A DNA stretch of 64,000 nucleotides from a virus, in the IMG/VR virus record IMGVR_UViG_3300032315_000774, positions 64,001 through 128,000 of that record; one strand, given 5' to 3'. Below, piece by piece: positions 47,603 through 57,179 of the stretch. The notes under the pieces are model-generated. The model had not been told where the DNA came from. It was given only the letters and a program-made list of their open reading frames with translations, and made no database searches. A program made the translations under genes and the position numbers. The stretch's first letter is position 1. The number at the start of each line of letters is the position of its first letter.

Positions 47603-49342
47603 CTACCTCTGGATCGAGCGATCCGTGCGGACGGACGGCACCAGGTCACTCCACTCTTCCGTCAGCCCACCATCTTGCGTGTCAGGAAGCGCCCAGGCCC
47701 GCTTGCCTGCGGGATTCACAGCGAGCTGCTGCAAGATGGTAGACCAGTCACCCTCGAACCGCAACGCGCGGTCGTCGACGAAGGCGTCGGCTTGTGGCTT
47801 GTGGCCGATCCAGATGTCGCTGAACGGCACACCTACCGAAGTCAAGTAGTCGCTCAGTGCGGCTTCGAGTTCCGCCGTCGAGGTCTCATCGAGCCCAGAG
47901 AATCGCGCCGTGTAGATCGAGACACGCCACCCGAGCTGCATCAGCTCGTTCAGCGCCTCGATCGCGCCCGGAAGAGGGTCACCGAACTTGCCTTCTTCGC
48001 CCCAGCCAGACTCGTACGAGAGGATCGTTCCGTCGAGGTCGACCGCGACCCAAGGCTGACGTTGCGCGCGCATGCCCATGTGCATGCCGTCCGGATACGA
48101 GTTCGCCCAGTCCGTCGCCCAGGACGTAGGCTCACCAGGCTCGTCCGTCGGCTCTGGATGCTCCCAGTCCTTGAACGTCGTCGGGAAGCGTGCGCGAACG
48201 AGGAACGCGCGACGCAAGAACATCTGCGACGCGCGCCATGCAGCCCACGCAGCCGCTTGTGCTTCCTGTGCGGTGAGACCGAACTTCGCTCCCGCGATGC
48301 CGTAGTCACGCGTGACTTGGTCACGGAGAAGGTCTGGGATGCTCTTGTCGAGCGGACGTCCGAGCCAGATGCCGATCGCGTGCTTGTCCACGACGACTTC
48401 GTCTTGGTAGCGGACCGGATCGAAGATCGACAGGAAGAAGGGGAAGACTTTCGGCCCGAGGATCGCCGAGAAGTCGCCCTTCATGATGAGCGCGTAGGCG
48501 CGTTGCATCGACGTGTCGAGGTGGTAGACGCGATCGAACTGACCTGACAGCACAATGTCTGCGCGACGGATGTTCTCGACCCAGTCCGTCTGCGGTGACA
48601 TGATCGCGATGACGCCTGCGACGGTCATCAGGTCTTTGTTGTACTTGCGCGCGAGCTGGACAGCGGTGTCGTGCGCGTACCGATACCACTTGCGCCAGTA
48701 TTCCAGCTCTTCGGGCGTAAGCGTGCTGAGTACGTACTCGATGTTCGCAACGCCCTTCTTCGAGCTGCGCTCGGTGTAGTCCGTCGGGCTCAGACGGCTT
48801 TCGTCGAGGATGTTCTGACGGAACGGGATCATCTCCCGCTTCGACTCGGGTAGGATGTCCAGCTCTTCTTGGATGTACTGCTCGTACTCTTCGTCCGAAA
48901 CAGGCGTGACTTTGAACCTGTGACGGAAGCGCTCGGGGTCTGTGATCGCGTCACGGATCGGCGCGACTTCCTGCGACTTCGGATCGAAGATCCGCATGTC
49001 GAGGAGCTTGTTCTTCGAGCCAGGCGGGAGGGCAGTGACCTCCGACGGCAGCGCGAAGTTCTCGATCGTCGGCATGTGCTTCGTGTACTGCTCCTGCACG
49101 ACGGGAGCGTCCGGCGACACGCGCGGCCACTCGTTCGGATCTTCGAAGCGTCTGACGTGACGGCGCTGCGCTTCCTTGATCCAGTCGCCTTCCCACGCGG
49201 ACTGCAGCGACAGACCGCGAGGCTCGTCAGGCGGCGTCGTGAAGCCTTCGGTCGCTGGATAGGTCCACGGATCGTTGTCGGGCGCGAGCGAGCTGAAGCC
49301 CTCGTCGACTGCAGGTGAATAGTGGAAGGCGTTCTTGGTCAT
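47603..49342 (-). CDS. Multidomain protein: DNA glycosylase-like helical domain plus HAD phosphatase
   Basis: WY..AH, AIMSPQTDWVEN, GPKV..F, VVVDKHA, QAAAW; then VAVDLDGTI, IYTAR, KPQADAFVDDRA. Confidence 0.75.
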   Translation of the reverse strand: MTKNAFHYSPAVDEGFSSLAPDNDPWTYPATEGFTTPPDEPRGLSLQSAWEGDWIKEAQRRHVRRFEDPNEWPRVSPDAPVVQEQYTKHMPTIENFALPSEVTALPPGSKNKLLDMRIFDPKSQEVAPIRDAITDPERFRHRFKVTPVSDEEYEQYIQEELDILPESKREMIPFRQNILDESRLSPTDYTERSSKKGVANIEYVLSTLTPEELEYWRKWYRYAHDTAVQLARKYNKDLMTVAGVIAIMSPQTDWVENIRRADIVLSGQFDRVYHLDTSMQRAYALIMKGDFSAILGPKVFPFFLSIFDPVRYQDEVVVDKHAIGIWLGRPLDKSIPDLLRDQVTRDYGIAGAKFGLTAQEAQAAAWAAWRASQMFLRRAFLVRARFPTTFKDWEHPEPTDEPGEPTSWATDWANSYPDGMHMGMRAQRQPWVAVDLDGTILSYESGWGEEGKFGDPLPGAIEALNELMQLGWRVSIYTARFSGLDETSTAELEAALSDYLTSVGVPFSDIWIGHKPQADAFVDDRALRFEGDWSTILQQLAVNPAGKRAWALPDTQDGGLTEEWSDLVPSVRTDRSIQR

Positions 49343-51363
49343 CGTGTTCTCCGTGGCATGAGCGGACGTACGACACCACCACGTGTGCTCCAGTCGCGCC
49401 CGCTCTGTTCGACGCGTTCACGTCGAGTGCGCTTCGAGTTATCGGTCTGAACGTCGCTGATGCCGGACGCTTGGATGATGCGGTTGGCATGGAACACCGT
49501 TCGAATGACGTCGTCGGAGTGTTCTCCGCGTCGGCCTTTGTTCTTGAGCGGGTTCGACACTACGCGTGTGTCTGGGTCCTCTTGCAGCTCGAACAGTTCG
49601 GCGAGCGCGATGCTCTCCATGTGCATGTCGAGGTGAGAGATCTTGGTGAAGTTTGTGCCGTCGAAGTCGTCTGCGTGTGGACGTGGCATGCGGACACGTC
49701 CTTCCATCGCGTTGGCGCGGAACATCGCCACGTCGTCCTTCGACAGTGACCGCTTCTCAGCACGGATGCCCATGTTACGGATCTGCTGGATCATCGAAGT
49801 CGACTGCCAGCGGTCGAACTCGACGGACGCGATCGAGATCTTGTCCTTGAGTTCTTCGATGAGGCGTACGACCGAATCGAACCACACAGGCTTGTTCAGC
49901 TCGGGGACGATACGAAACGTCATCACGACGACCGTGACCTTGTACGGGCCGTCTGTACCTTCCACGATGTCTTCTCGCGAGATGGTCATGGCGAAGCTGT
50001 CGAAGCTCTCACCTGCGTCGAGCGTGATGATGTGCGGTCGGCGAGAGAAGTCGTAGGCCGCGCTCATCACGTACGCGCCCACGTACGTGTTCTTCAGTTC
50101 ATCTTCGAACGTCCGCGTTCCCAGCTGAATGAGCGTAGGCACATCCGCGAGTACGGTCTGACAGAATCGTGGCTGGTTGATGATGAACGGGAACGCCGAA
50201 CCGGGAGGGTTGGCGCCGTAGTCGCGCTCGGCGCCGACAGGATCCTTCATGAACTCGTCGGCCAGCGACTCGCGTGACTCGAACGGTGTGAACTCCCAGG
50301 TCGGCCGATGTTGGAAGTACATGCGCTTCAGCTTGGGTGCTGTGCGAAGAAGCTCCCACGTGTAGTCGGACCGAGACAGCGGCGAGGTCACGCTGAAGAT
50401 CGATCCGATCCACGACGGACCGCCGTACAGCTTGGTGCGTGAACGCAGCGTGCGAAGCGAGCGCTCCATCGCTCGGTACGCTTCACGTGCGGAGAGACGC
50501 GAGTCCTGACCTGTGAAGTACGCCAGCTCGTCGATGAAGGCAGCAGGCCGCGTGCGTCCACGGTTCGCACCCGAGTTTGCAGACAGCGAGACCATGTTGA
50601 GCTTGATTGCAGGATGACCGATGGTGATCTTCTTCTTGCTGACCGTGTACTTCCACGGCGTCGAGTCTGCAGACTCCTGGTTCTTCTCCGCTTGCTGAAT
50701 CCATGTCGTGAAGCGACGAAACCACGGAGCTTCTTCACGAAGGCCGATGTACTTCGCCCAGACGGTGTCTTCAGCCTGCACCGCTGACGACGCCAAGAAC
50801 GCGACCTCGAACGGGTCACGCTTCGCCGTGCCAAAGAACTGAAACAGCCCGCCTGGTGTCGCGAGACCTGTGACGATGAGCCAGTGCTCGATGTAGGTCG
50901 CGATGATTGCTGCCGTCACCGACTTCCCAGCGCGCTGACCGATAACCAAGTGCATCTGGTTGAAGCCGCGAAAGAAGCCCTCTTCTTCGAGCTGTCCACG
51001 CGTGATGTGGCAGCTCGGGCATTCGTCTTCTTGAAGTCTCGGGTTGAACTCCAGAAGAACTTCAGCTGCCAGCTGTTCGCGTGTCTTTCCCCAGCAATCG
51101 CCGTAGTCGCCGTCCTTCGTCGTTCCCGGGTTGCAGATCGGGCAGCGCAGCTCGAAGTAATCGCGCAAGATCTGATACTGCCGCCAGACATCCGCGACCG
51201 AACCGAAGTTCAAGAAGTCGGGGTCCATCACCCAGCGGATGATGTTCGGAGCGACCTGCGTGACCCAGCCGTCTGCAGACGCACCTGTAGCAGTCAGCGG
51301 CGTTGTCTTCGCCGCTTCGTACGATCGCTTCAGCTCCTGTAGGAAGTCGACTTCGCGTGCCAT
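49339..51363 (-). CDS. terL: Terminase large subunit
   Basis: Walker A IGQRAGKS, Walker B AAFIDE, nuclease motifs TLDAG..DSF, FDRWQS, HSDD. Confidence 0.9.
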   Translation of the reverse strand: MAREVDFLQELKRSYEAAKTTPLTATGASADGWVTQVAPNIIRWVMDPDFLNFGSVADVWRQYQILRDYFELRCPICNPGTTKDGDYGDCWGKTREQLAAEVLLEFNPRLQEDECPSCHITRGQLEEEGFFRGFNQMHLVIGQRAGKSVTAAIIATYIEHWLIVTGLATPGGLFQFFGTAKRDPFEVAFLASSAVQAEDTVWAKYIGLREEAPWFRRFTTWIQQAEKNQESADSTPWKYTVSKKKITIGHPAIKLNMVSLSANSGANRGRTRPAAFIDELAYFTGQDSRLSAREAYRAMERSLRTLRSRTKLYGGPSWIGSIFSVTSPLSRSDYTWELLRTAPKLKRMYFQHRPTWEFTPFESRESLADEFMKDPVGAERDYGANPPGSAFPFIINQPRFCQTVLADVPTLIQLGTRTFEDELKNTYVGAYVMSAAYDFSRRPHIITLDAGESFDSFAMTISREDIVEGTDGPYKVTVVVMTFRIVPELNKPVWFDSVVRLIEELKDKISIASVEFDRWQSTSMIQQIRNMGIRAEKRSLSKDDVAMFRANAMEGRVRMPRPHADDFDGTNFTKISHLDMHMESIALAELFELQEDPDTRVVSNPLKNKGRRGEHSDDVIRTVFHANRIIQASGISDVQTDNSKRTRRERVEQSGRDWSTRGGVVRPLMPRRTR

Positions 51364-51366
51364 GAT

Positions 51367-52146
51367 TCAGCTCAGAGCATCAGCGGGCACCTGCACTGTG
51401 AACGAGTCATCGAACGCGACCAGCACGCCCTCGGTCGTCACACGCACCACCGTGCCCTTCATCCCCTTGTCCATGTGAAAGCGCTGCCCACCGCGACCGA
51501 TGTACACGAACTCGCGCGTGAGCTTCACACGACTCGTCGGCGCGAACTCCCGCATGACCTCTTCACGCGACGGCAGCACTTCTGCTTCGCCGCCACCTTC
51601 GGTATCGGCGTCTGCGTCGGCCGACGCGCGGATGCCGCGCTGCCAGCGGTAGACTTCACCTTCGACCTTGCCGTTCGGGAGCGAGTACATGTTGGATCGA
51701 TCGGGGATCTTCTCCTTGAACTCGGCCGCCTCGATGATCCGGTTGAAGCTGCTCTGCGCGATGATCATCGGCTGGTTGCCGTAGTACATGATGCTCGGCG
51801 TCTCGACCTGACCTGCACGCACGACAAGCGGGATGTCGATGAAGTGCTGCGCGCCTGAACGGCTCCGCAGCTTCAGCTGGTACTGAAGCTCACCATCTTC
51901 GATGCCGTGACCGCCGAGACCTGAGCTACGATGCGTGCCCTTGTAGAACACCTCGTAGCCGCGAGGCAGGCTCATCGTGTCGAGCAAGTTCGCGATGGCC
52001 ATGCGGCCTGCGAGCTGTGGCGAGTGCTGGACGCCCAAGCGGTCGTCCTTGTTCCAGCCGCCCTGGAACTGACCAAGCACGCGTTGGAAGAACGCACGCT
52101 TCGTCTGCTTGTACTCCGGACGCAGGTTCAGCTCAGGCAGTCTCAT
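51367..52146 (-). CDS. Hypothetical head-module protein
   Basis: Coupled ORF; C-terminal SH3-like segment. Confidence 0.7.
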   Translation of the reverse strand: MRLPELNLRPEYKQTKRAFFQRVLGQFQGGWNKDDRLGVQHSPQLAGRMAIANLLDTMSLPRGYEVFYKGTHRSSGLGGHGIEDGELQYQLKLRSRSGAQHFIDIPLVVRAGQVETPSIMYYGNQPMIIAQSSFNRIIEAAEFKEKIPDRSNMYSLPNGKVEGEVYRWQRGIRASADADADTEGGGEAEVLPSREEVMREFAPTSRVKLTREFVYIGRGGQRFHMDKGMKGTVVRVTTEGVLVAFDDSFTVQVPADALS

Positions 52147-53039
52147 GTTTTCCTCGCGATCAGTTCGAGCCAGGTGTTGGGGCCGACACGGACCAGACGC
52201 GCGATGTCCGCGAGGTCTGCGGCGATGAATGCTTGTCCAATCGTGTCCATGCCTTCGGGAGTCGTTGCTGCCGCGTACGCTGTCGCGAAGTCACCGTCGC
52301 TCAGGTTCATGCTTCTGAGCCAACGTCCGATGATCTCCGGCGAGACCACTGCACGCTTCAGCTGCTGGTTCAGTGCTACAGGAGCCCACGCAACACCGCC
52401 ACCACGAAACGCAGCTTCGAGCATCGCCACGGCGAAGTCGGCGACGTCGAGGCTGATGTCGAGCTGTGCGCGAACAGGCCACACAGGGAATGCGTAGCCG
52501 TCGACAGGTGACACCGGCATCGCAGGCAGCGGGTTCTCTTGCGCCTCGCTGAAGGCTTGGTCTGGCAGCATGCGGTCCTGCCAGCGGTTCGGAGCTTTCG
52601 GCGGCATCGAGCGCGGATGCGGCAGCGACTCCGGCTTCATGGTGTAGTAGCCGTCGCTGAGAGGCGCTGCTTCGGTGATCGTGCGCAGTAGGTTGTAGGT
52701 CTGCTGCGCGACGCGCGCACCTTCCTGAAGGCGACCTTGCGCTGTCTCCAGCACGCCCGTTCCTACGTGACTCCACGTCTCGCGAGAGCCTGGCATCGCA
52801 CGCACGACACGCGCGATGCGGTCGCCGTCGACGAAGCCGATGTCGATCGGAAACGCCACGCGCCCCATGTGAAAGGAGAGACGACGCCGCTCGCGGCTTG
52901 GAAACCACAGGGCTTCTTGAGCCGCGAGCGGGTCGTGTTCCTGCAGCCCGAGCTGTTGCTCGGCAGCGGTCATCGCGACCGACGCGACGTATCGCGACGC
53001 AGCGACGTTGATGCCGACCTTGAGCCCAGGACGCAGCAT
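52143..53039 (-). CDS. DUF192-domain fusion protein
   Basis: QLGLQ..L...ALWF...FHMGRVAFPIDIGFVD...VLE...G in the N-terminal 110 aa. Confidence 0.75.
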   Translation of the reverse strand: MLRPGLKVGINVAASRYVASVAMTAAEQQLGLQEHDPLAAQEALWFPSRERRRLSFHMGRVAFPIDIGFVDGDRIARVVRAMPGSRETWSHVGTGVLETAQGRLQEGARVAQQTYNLLRTITEAAPLSDGYYTMKPESLPHPRSMPPKAPNRWQDRMLPDQAFSEAQENPLPAMPVSPVDGYAFPVWPVRAQLDISLDVADFAVAMLEAAFRGGGVAWAPVALNQQLKRAVVSPEIIGRWLRSMNLSDGDFATAYAAATTPEGMDTIGQAFIAADLADIARLVRVGPNTWLELIARKT

Positions 53040-53042
53040 CGT

Positions 53043-53693
53043 TCAGCTCGTGCGGAGGAACTGAGCGATGGCGGTGCCCGCTGCGGTGCCGTCGGTCATG
53101 CGGAGGACCAGCGGGCTGCCACGCGCGACCGAAGGGAGCACGCCCGAGCCTGCGGTCTGGCCGGTGCCGTTGTCGCGCACGCGACCTGCGGCGGCCGTCG
53201 ACATCGCCTGCGTGAGCTGCGCGCCTGCGCCTGCCAGCGCGGTGCGCATGTTGGCGGTGCTGCCGCCACCGCCTGCGGTCTGGATCATCAGCTGCGAGTC
53301 CATGAGGTCGCCTGCGAACGGCATCGACGAGAGCATGGTGACGTCACGCGCACCTGCACCGCCTGCAGCGAACGTCGTGCGCACGAAGATCGAGCCGTCG
53401 GCGATGCCGCCTGCGCTGATCGTCGTGCTGATGTCGGCGCCCAGGATCGAGCCTGGCCCCTGGATGACGCGGAGGCGGATGATGCCCGCTCCGAGCCACG
53501 TGATGATCTGCGGCTGCAGGTTCAGCTCGTCGAGCGTCGCGGCGTCACCGACGTCGACGCTGGCCGTCGCTGTGCCTGCAGGCCCCAGCTGCGCACGGAT
53601 GATGCGGTTCGAGGTCTTGTCGATCGTGAGGTCGATCGCCAACGTGTTGGCGGTGAGGTTGTCGATCCAGAGGCGTCCGTTGACTGCACCCAT
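53043..53693 (-). CDS. Probable virion structural protein
   Basis: Strong codon bias, Ala/Gly/Thr-rich. Confidence 0.7.
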   Translation of the reverse strand: MGAVNGRLWIDNLTANTLAIDLTIDKTSNRIIRAQLGPAGTATASVDVGDAATLDELNLQPQIITWLGAGIIRLRVIQGPGSILGADISTTISAGGIADGSIFVRTTFAAGGAGARDVTMLSSMPFAGDLMDSQLMIQTAGGGGSTANMRTALAGAGAQLTQAMSTAAAGRVRDNGTGQTAGSGVLPSVARGSPLVLRMTDGTAAGTAIAQFLRTS

Positions 53694-53694
53694 G

Positions 53695-53946
53695 TTACTC
53701 TCGCTCCTTGAACTGATCACCGACCAGTTCGTAGTTGCCTGGCTCCGTGCAGAAGGTCGCGCCGAGAGTTTCGATCGTCTGCTTGAGTCGATCTTCAGCC
53801 ACTCGAATCGCTTCGATCTGCTGCTGTTTCTTGGTCTCGAAGTCGGCCATCAGCTGACCGAGCACTCGGTGCTTCTCGTGTAGCTCGGCACGCAGCGCCT
53901 GCAATCGCAGGTACGCGCTCGAACTAATGGTGAAGGTTTTGCTCAC
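53695..53946 (-). CDS. Small coiled-coil protein
   Basis: GAGG RBS; heptad pattern. Confidence 0.6.
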   Translation of the reverse strand: MSKTFTISSSAYLRLQALRAELHEKHRVLGQLMADFETKKQQQIEAIRVAEDRLKQTIETLGATFCTEPGNYELVGDQFKERE

Positions 53947-54379
53947 GTGCGACCTCTTGGACAGCCTCCGAAGAGACGACTTGCAAGATGTCGAGGAGCC
54001 TCTTGTCGATCAAGTCTTGCAGCTGTCGTGCAGCTTCGTGGTGCTTGCCTGCGCCGTGAAGAGCGCTGATCTGCCGAAGCTCGTGGAGCAACGGCTTGGT
54101 CAGATGTGTCATCACGCGTCCAGTCATCGTGCGAAGACGCGCGCGTTCGCCTGCTTCTGCCTTGCGCAAGTCGGCGATGGCTCGCATGCACTGACGGAAC
54201 TCGCCGACGATCGGCGCCAGAGTCTTCACGAACTGCGCATGCTGTGCTCGCCGCTCAGCTGGCGTGACGAGAGGACTCTCGTCTTTGTCTTCTGCCGCGT
54301 CGAACAGGTCATCGAGACACTTCTGAAGTCGCTGTGAGAACTTCAGAAGATCTTGGATGTTCTCAGTTGAGTTGCTCAT
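53924..54379 (-). CDS. Helical hypothetical protein (terminase small subunit candidate)
   Basis: ATGA overlap; size and position only. Confidence 0.55.
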   Translation of the reverse strand: MSNSTENIQDLLKFSQRLQKCLDDLFDAAEDKDESPLVTPAERRAQHAQFVKTLAPIVGEFRQCMRAIADLRKAEAGERARLRTMTGRVMTHLTKPLLHELRQISALHGAGKHHEAARQLQDLIDKRLLDILQVVSSEAVQEVAREQNLHH

Positions 54380-54924
54380 GCTTGCCTCAACGCGCGTACG
54401 AGCTGTGTCTTCGACAGACCTTCCGTCGCGATGCCGCGAGCTGTGGCTTGCACGCGCAGCTTCTCGATCGTCCAATCCATCGTCGGCACGTCACGAGAGA
54501 TCTTCTTGTCGATCTCTTCGTCGTCGTCCGCCTTCTTCTTGACCGCGACACTTGCAGGTGTCGATGCAGTCGCCTGTGCAGCTGGAGCCTTGACTTCTTC
54601 GGTCTTTACCGCTCCCAAGAGGTCATCGAGCGACACGATCGTCGACAGGACAGCTTGCTTGTCGACGACCTCTTGTGCAGGAGCTTGCGGCTCGGCGTCG
54701 CTCAGATGAACGAAGCGACCGTCACGGAGATGACGCTGGAAGTCAGGAGACCTGTCCAGAATCAGCTGAGCCTCCGCGCTCGACGTGCCGAGCTTGACGT
54801 CCAGCTCCGTGACGCCGGGAAGCAACAAGATCGACGTGTGGCGCACGCCTTTGCGCATCGACTGTGCCGACGCCAAGACGAACGTCACGCTGATCGCGTG
54901 CATGGTGTTGTTCAGAACTCTCAT
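54376..54924 (-). CDS. Protein with a C-terminal HeH/Rho-N-like domain
   Basis: WTIEKLRVQATARGI..GLSKTQLVRAL. Confidence 0.72.
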   Translation of the reverse strand: MRVLNNTMHAISVTFVLASAQSMRKGVRHTSILLLPGVTELDVKLGTSSAEAQLILDRSPDFQRHLRDGRFVHLSDAEPQAPAQEVVDKQAVLSTIVSLDDLLGAVKTEEVKAPAAQATASTPASVAVKKKADDDEEIDKKISRDVPTMDWTIEKLRVQATARGIATEGLSKTQLVRALRQA

Positions 54925-57176
54925 CGCACTCCTACGGTCGGGATGCCTGTGGCAGGCTGATTCGACCTGTAGCGCAGTGTAGCGATTCCTGCCTCCGGGT
55001 CCAGAGACATCACGCGCACTGCGCTCACCCAGCCCCAGTCGACCTTGAGCTGCGTTGCTTGTGCACGGAACGCCGACTCGACGAAGTTGCTCAGGTTGTG
55101 GCCTGCCGCTGCGTCCGCATCGAAGATGACGTCGACGAAGTTGTACGCGCCTTCTGTACGTGGGTTCACGACCTCGAACGGGATGTCGCCGAACGCGCGT
55201 GGGCGTACTGGACCCGAGCCATGCGTATCCTCGAACAGCTCGTTCCCCGGAACTTCCTTCTGCGCACGTCGAGCAGCTTCAGGGGTGCGAACCTTACGAG
55301 GCTCCATGTCGCGCCGCTTGACTTTGCGAGGAGCAGGCACGTTCGGTGTCACCTCTGCAGGCGCTGCAGGCGCTGCAGGCGCTTCTTGCTCAGGCTCGGA
55401 CGTGTCGATGCCGTATGGCGACTTCTCCTTCTGAACACGCCACGGGTTCCAGTACGAAGGTGTCTCTGACTCCGTCATGCGCGGACGAAGAACGCTGCGA
55501 GGACCAGAACGCGTGCTGGGCTGCATCACGTTGCCTTCGGAGTCGTAGCGCTTCGGATCGAGAAGATACTCGCCGATCGAGGGGTTCGATCGAATGACCG
55601 CAGCCAGCTGTTCTGGCTTCGACTTCGACAGCATGTCTGGCTTGCTGCGCAGGTACTGAGCCAGCACTGTGTCCACGTACTGTGAGTACGTGTTCGGTCG
55701 ACTGAGCACGGCGTCCGCGATGTCTTCCGGTGTCACCAGCTTCTTCGACTGATCGACCGCACGTACCTCGAACCCGCGCGCCAGCGAAGCCACGACCTGC
55801 ATGTGGAGCAGCTTGTCGTCGAACATCGACGCCGTCCGCTCCGCGAGCTGCTTGACCATCTCGTCGCCGTACTCGTCGTAGTACCGCTTCCAGTAGTCGG
55901 ACGCCGTGCTGTCGACAGCGGCCTTGTCCTCGGCTGTGTGGCCTGACGGTTCGAGCCAGTCTGGCAGCTCCGAAGGCGCCATCGTGCGGTACGAGTCGTC
56001 TTCCCGCTGACGCAAGCGGCGCTGCTTGCGCTTCGCCTCTTCGCGCGCGATCTCTTCTTGTGCTTGGTCGGCACGACCCATGTCTGCTGGGCTCATGCGC
56101 TGGACCATCGTCTTCTGACGATCCGACTCCAGACGCAGCGGCACGCGCTTGTTGTCGACGTGGTCGTAGTCGATCTTGGCGTCGTCGAACTCCTTCAGCA
56201 CGTCGTCGAGCGCTGCACGCGGCACGTAGACGTAGCTGTCGAGGTAGACGTCTGAGTTGTCTTCGGTCTCTCGCTGGACCAGACGGCCACTGAAGCGCTC
56301 GATGATGCTCTTGGCGCGCTCCGCGTTCGTCACTGCACGGTCCCATGCCTCGGTGCGGTCTGTCTCCGGCTTGAAGGGTGCCATGAGGTCGCCGCTTTCG
56401 ATGTACCCGCACAACAGCTCGATCTGAACCTCGTCGCCTTCGCTCGCGTGGTGCAGCATCTGCTCGTTGCTGTCGTTGTGCGACAGCGGCCCGACGAACA
56501 TGGACTCGTAGGCGTCGTCCGACGTCGAGATGCCTTCGTTCGTCGGCTGACGATCGATGCCAGTCGTCGTCTCGAACGCACGCTTCGCCAGCTCCTTCGT
56601 CGCGAAACGAAGACGCAGGTGAAGACGTCCTGGCTGCCGGTCATCACCGTCGATGACGCGCGCGCCTGGATACGCTCGACGTACGAACTCGGCGACGTCT
56701 GACTCGCTCGGCTTGAAGCCTGCGTCGAGCTGCAGCGTCGCTGTGTACTCGAAGCCCTCTGCGTCTGCAGGCGTGAGCGAGCGTGTGCTCGCGAAGCGCT
56801 CCTGCCGCACAGCTGTGCGACGGAACTCTTCGGCGAGCTTCGCCCGCTTCAACGCGCCACTGAGCGGTCGCACCTTGCTCGCAGGCAAGATGAACCGACT
56901 GGCGCTCTCGTCGGCGAGGATGTGGACCATCCCATCGCTCGTCGCACGCACGACGATGCCTGCTTGCACCGAGCCGTCGGTGTGGTCGAACTCGACCTGT
57001 GCATCCTTCTTCCAGCGGCCGTCGTCGAGCTTGCCTGCGGCCCACAGTGCGTCACCTGCAGCACGCAGATGACGGTCACCGACACCCGCGAGTGCTGCAT
57101 CCCAGTTGATGCGAGCCTGCGGTGTCGGTGCCGCCGCGACCTTGGGGTTCTTGAATGGGTCTCGCTCCAGAACCAC
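54921..57176 (-). CDS. Large modular protein, probable internal head protein
   Basis: 751-aa ORF in the head module; many [KR]xA motifs; YWxxYxxxYG motif. Confidence 0.7.
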   Translation of the reverse strand: MVLERDPFKNPKVAAAPTPQARINWDAALAGVGDRHLRAAGDALWAAGKLDDGRWKKDAQVEFDHTDGSVQAGIVVRATSDGMVHILADESASRFILPASKVRPLSGALKRAKLAEEFRRTAVRQERFASTRSLTPADAEGFEYTATLQLDAGFKPSESDVAEFVRRAYPGARVIDGDDRQPGRLHLRLRFATKELAKRAFETTTGIDRQPTNEGISTSDDAYESMFVGPLSHNDSNEQMLHHASEGDEVQIELLCGYIESGDLMAPFKPETDRTEAWDRAVTNAERAKSIIERFSGRLVQRETEDNSDVYLDSYVYVPRAALDDVLKEFDDAKIDYDHVDNKRVPLRLESDRQKTMVQRMSPADMGRADQAQEEIAREEAKRKQRRLRQREDDSYRTMAPSELPDWLEPSGHTAEDKAAVDSTASDYWKRYYDEYGDEMVKQLAERTASMFDDKLLHMQVVASLARGFEVRAVDQSKKLVTPEDIADAVLSRPNTYSQYVDTVLAQYLRSKPDMLSKSKPEQLAAVIRSNPSIGEYLLDPKRYDSEGNVMQPSTRSGPRSVLRPRMTESETPSYWNPWRVQKEKSPYGIDTSEPEQEAPAAPAAPAEVTPNVPAPRKVKRRDMEPRKVRTPEAARRAQKEVPGNELFEDTHGSGPVRPRAFGDIPFEVVNPRTEGAYNFVDVIFDADAAAGHNLSNFVESAFRAQATQLKVDWGWVSAVRVMSLDPEAGIATLRYRSNQPATGIPTVGVR

Positions 57177-57179
57177 GGT

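Noticed and set aside
40663-48547. Long plus-strand ORFs (e.g. 40663-41718, 42003-43274, 47480-48547)
   Set aside because: Antisense shadows of strongly biased high-GC minus-strand genes; no motifs
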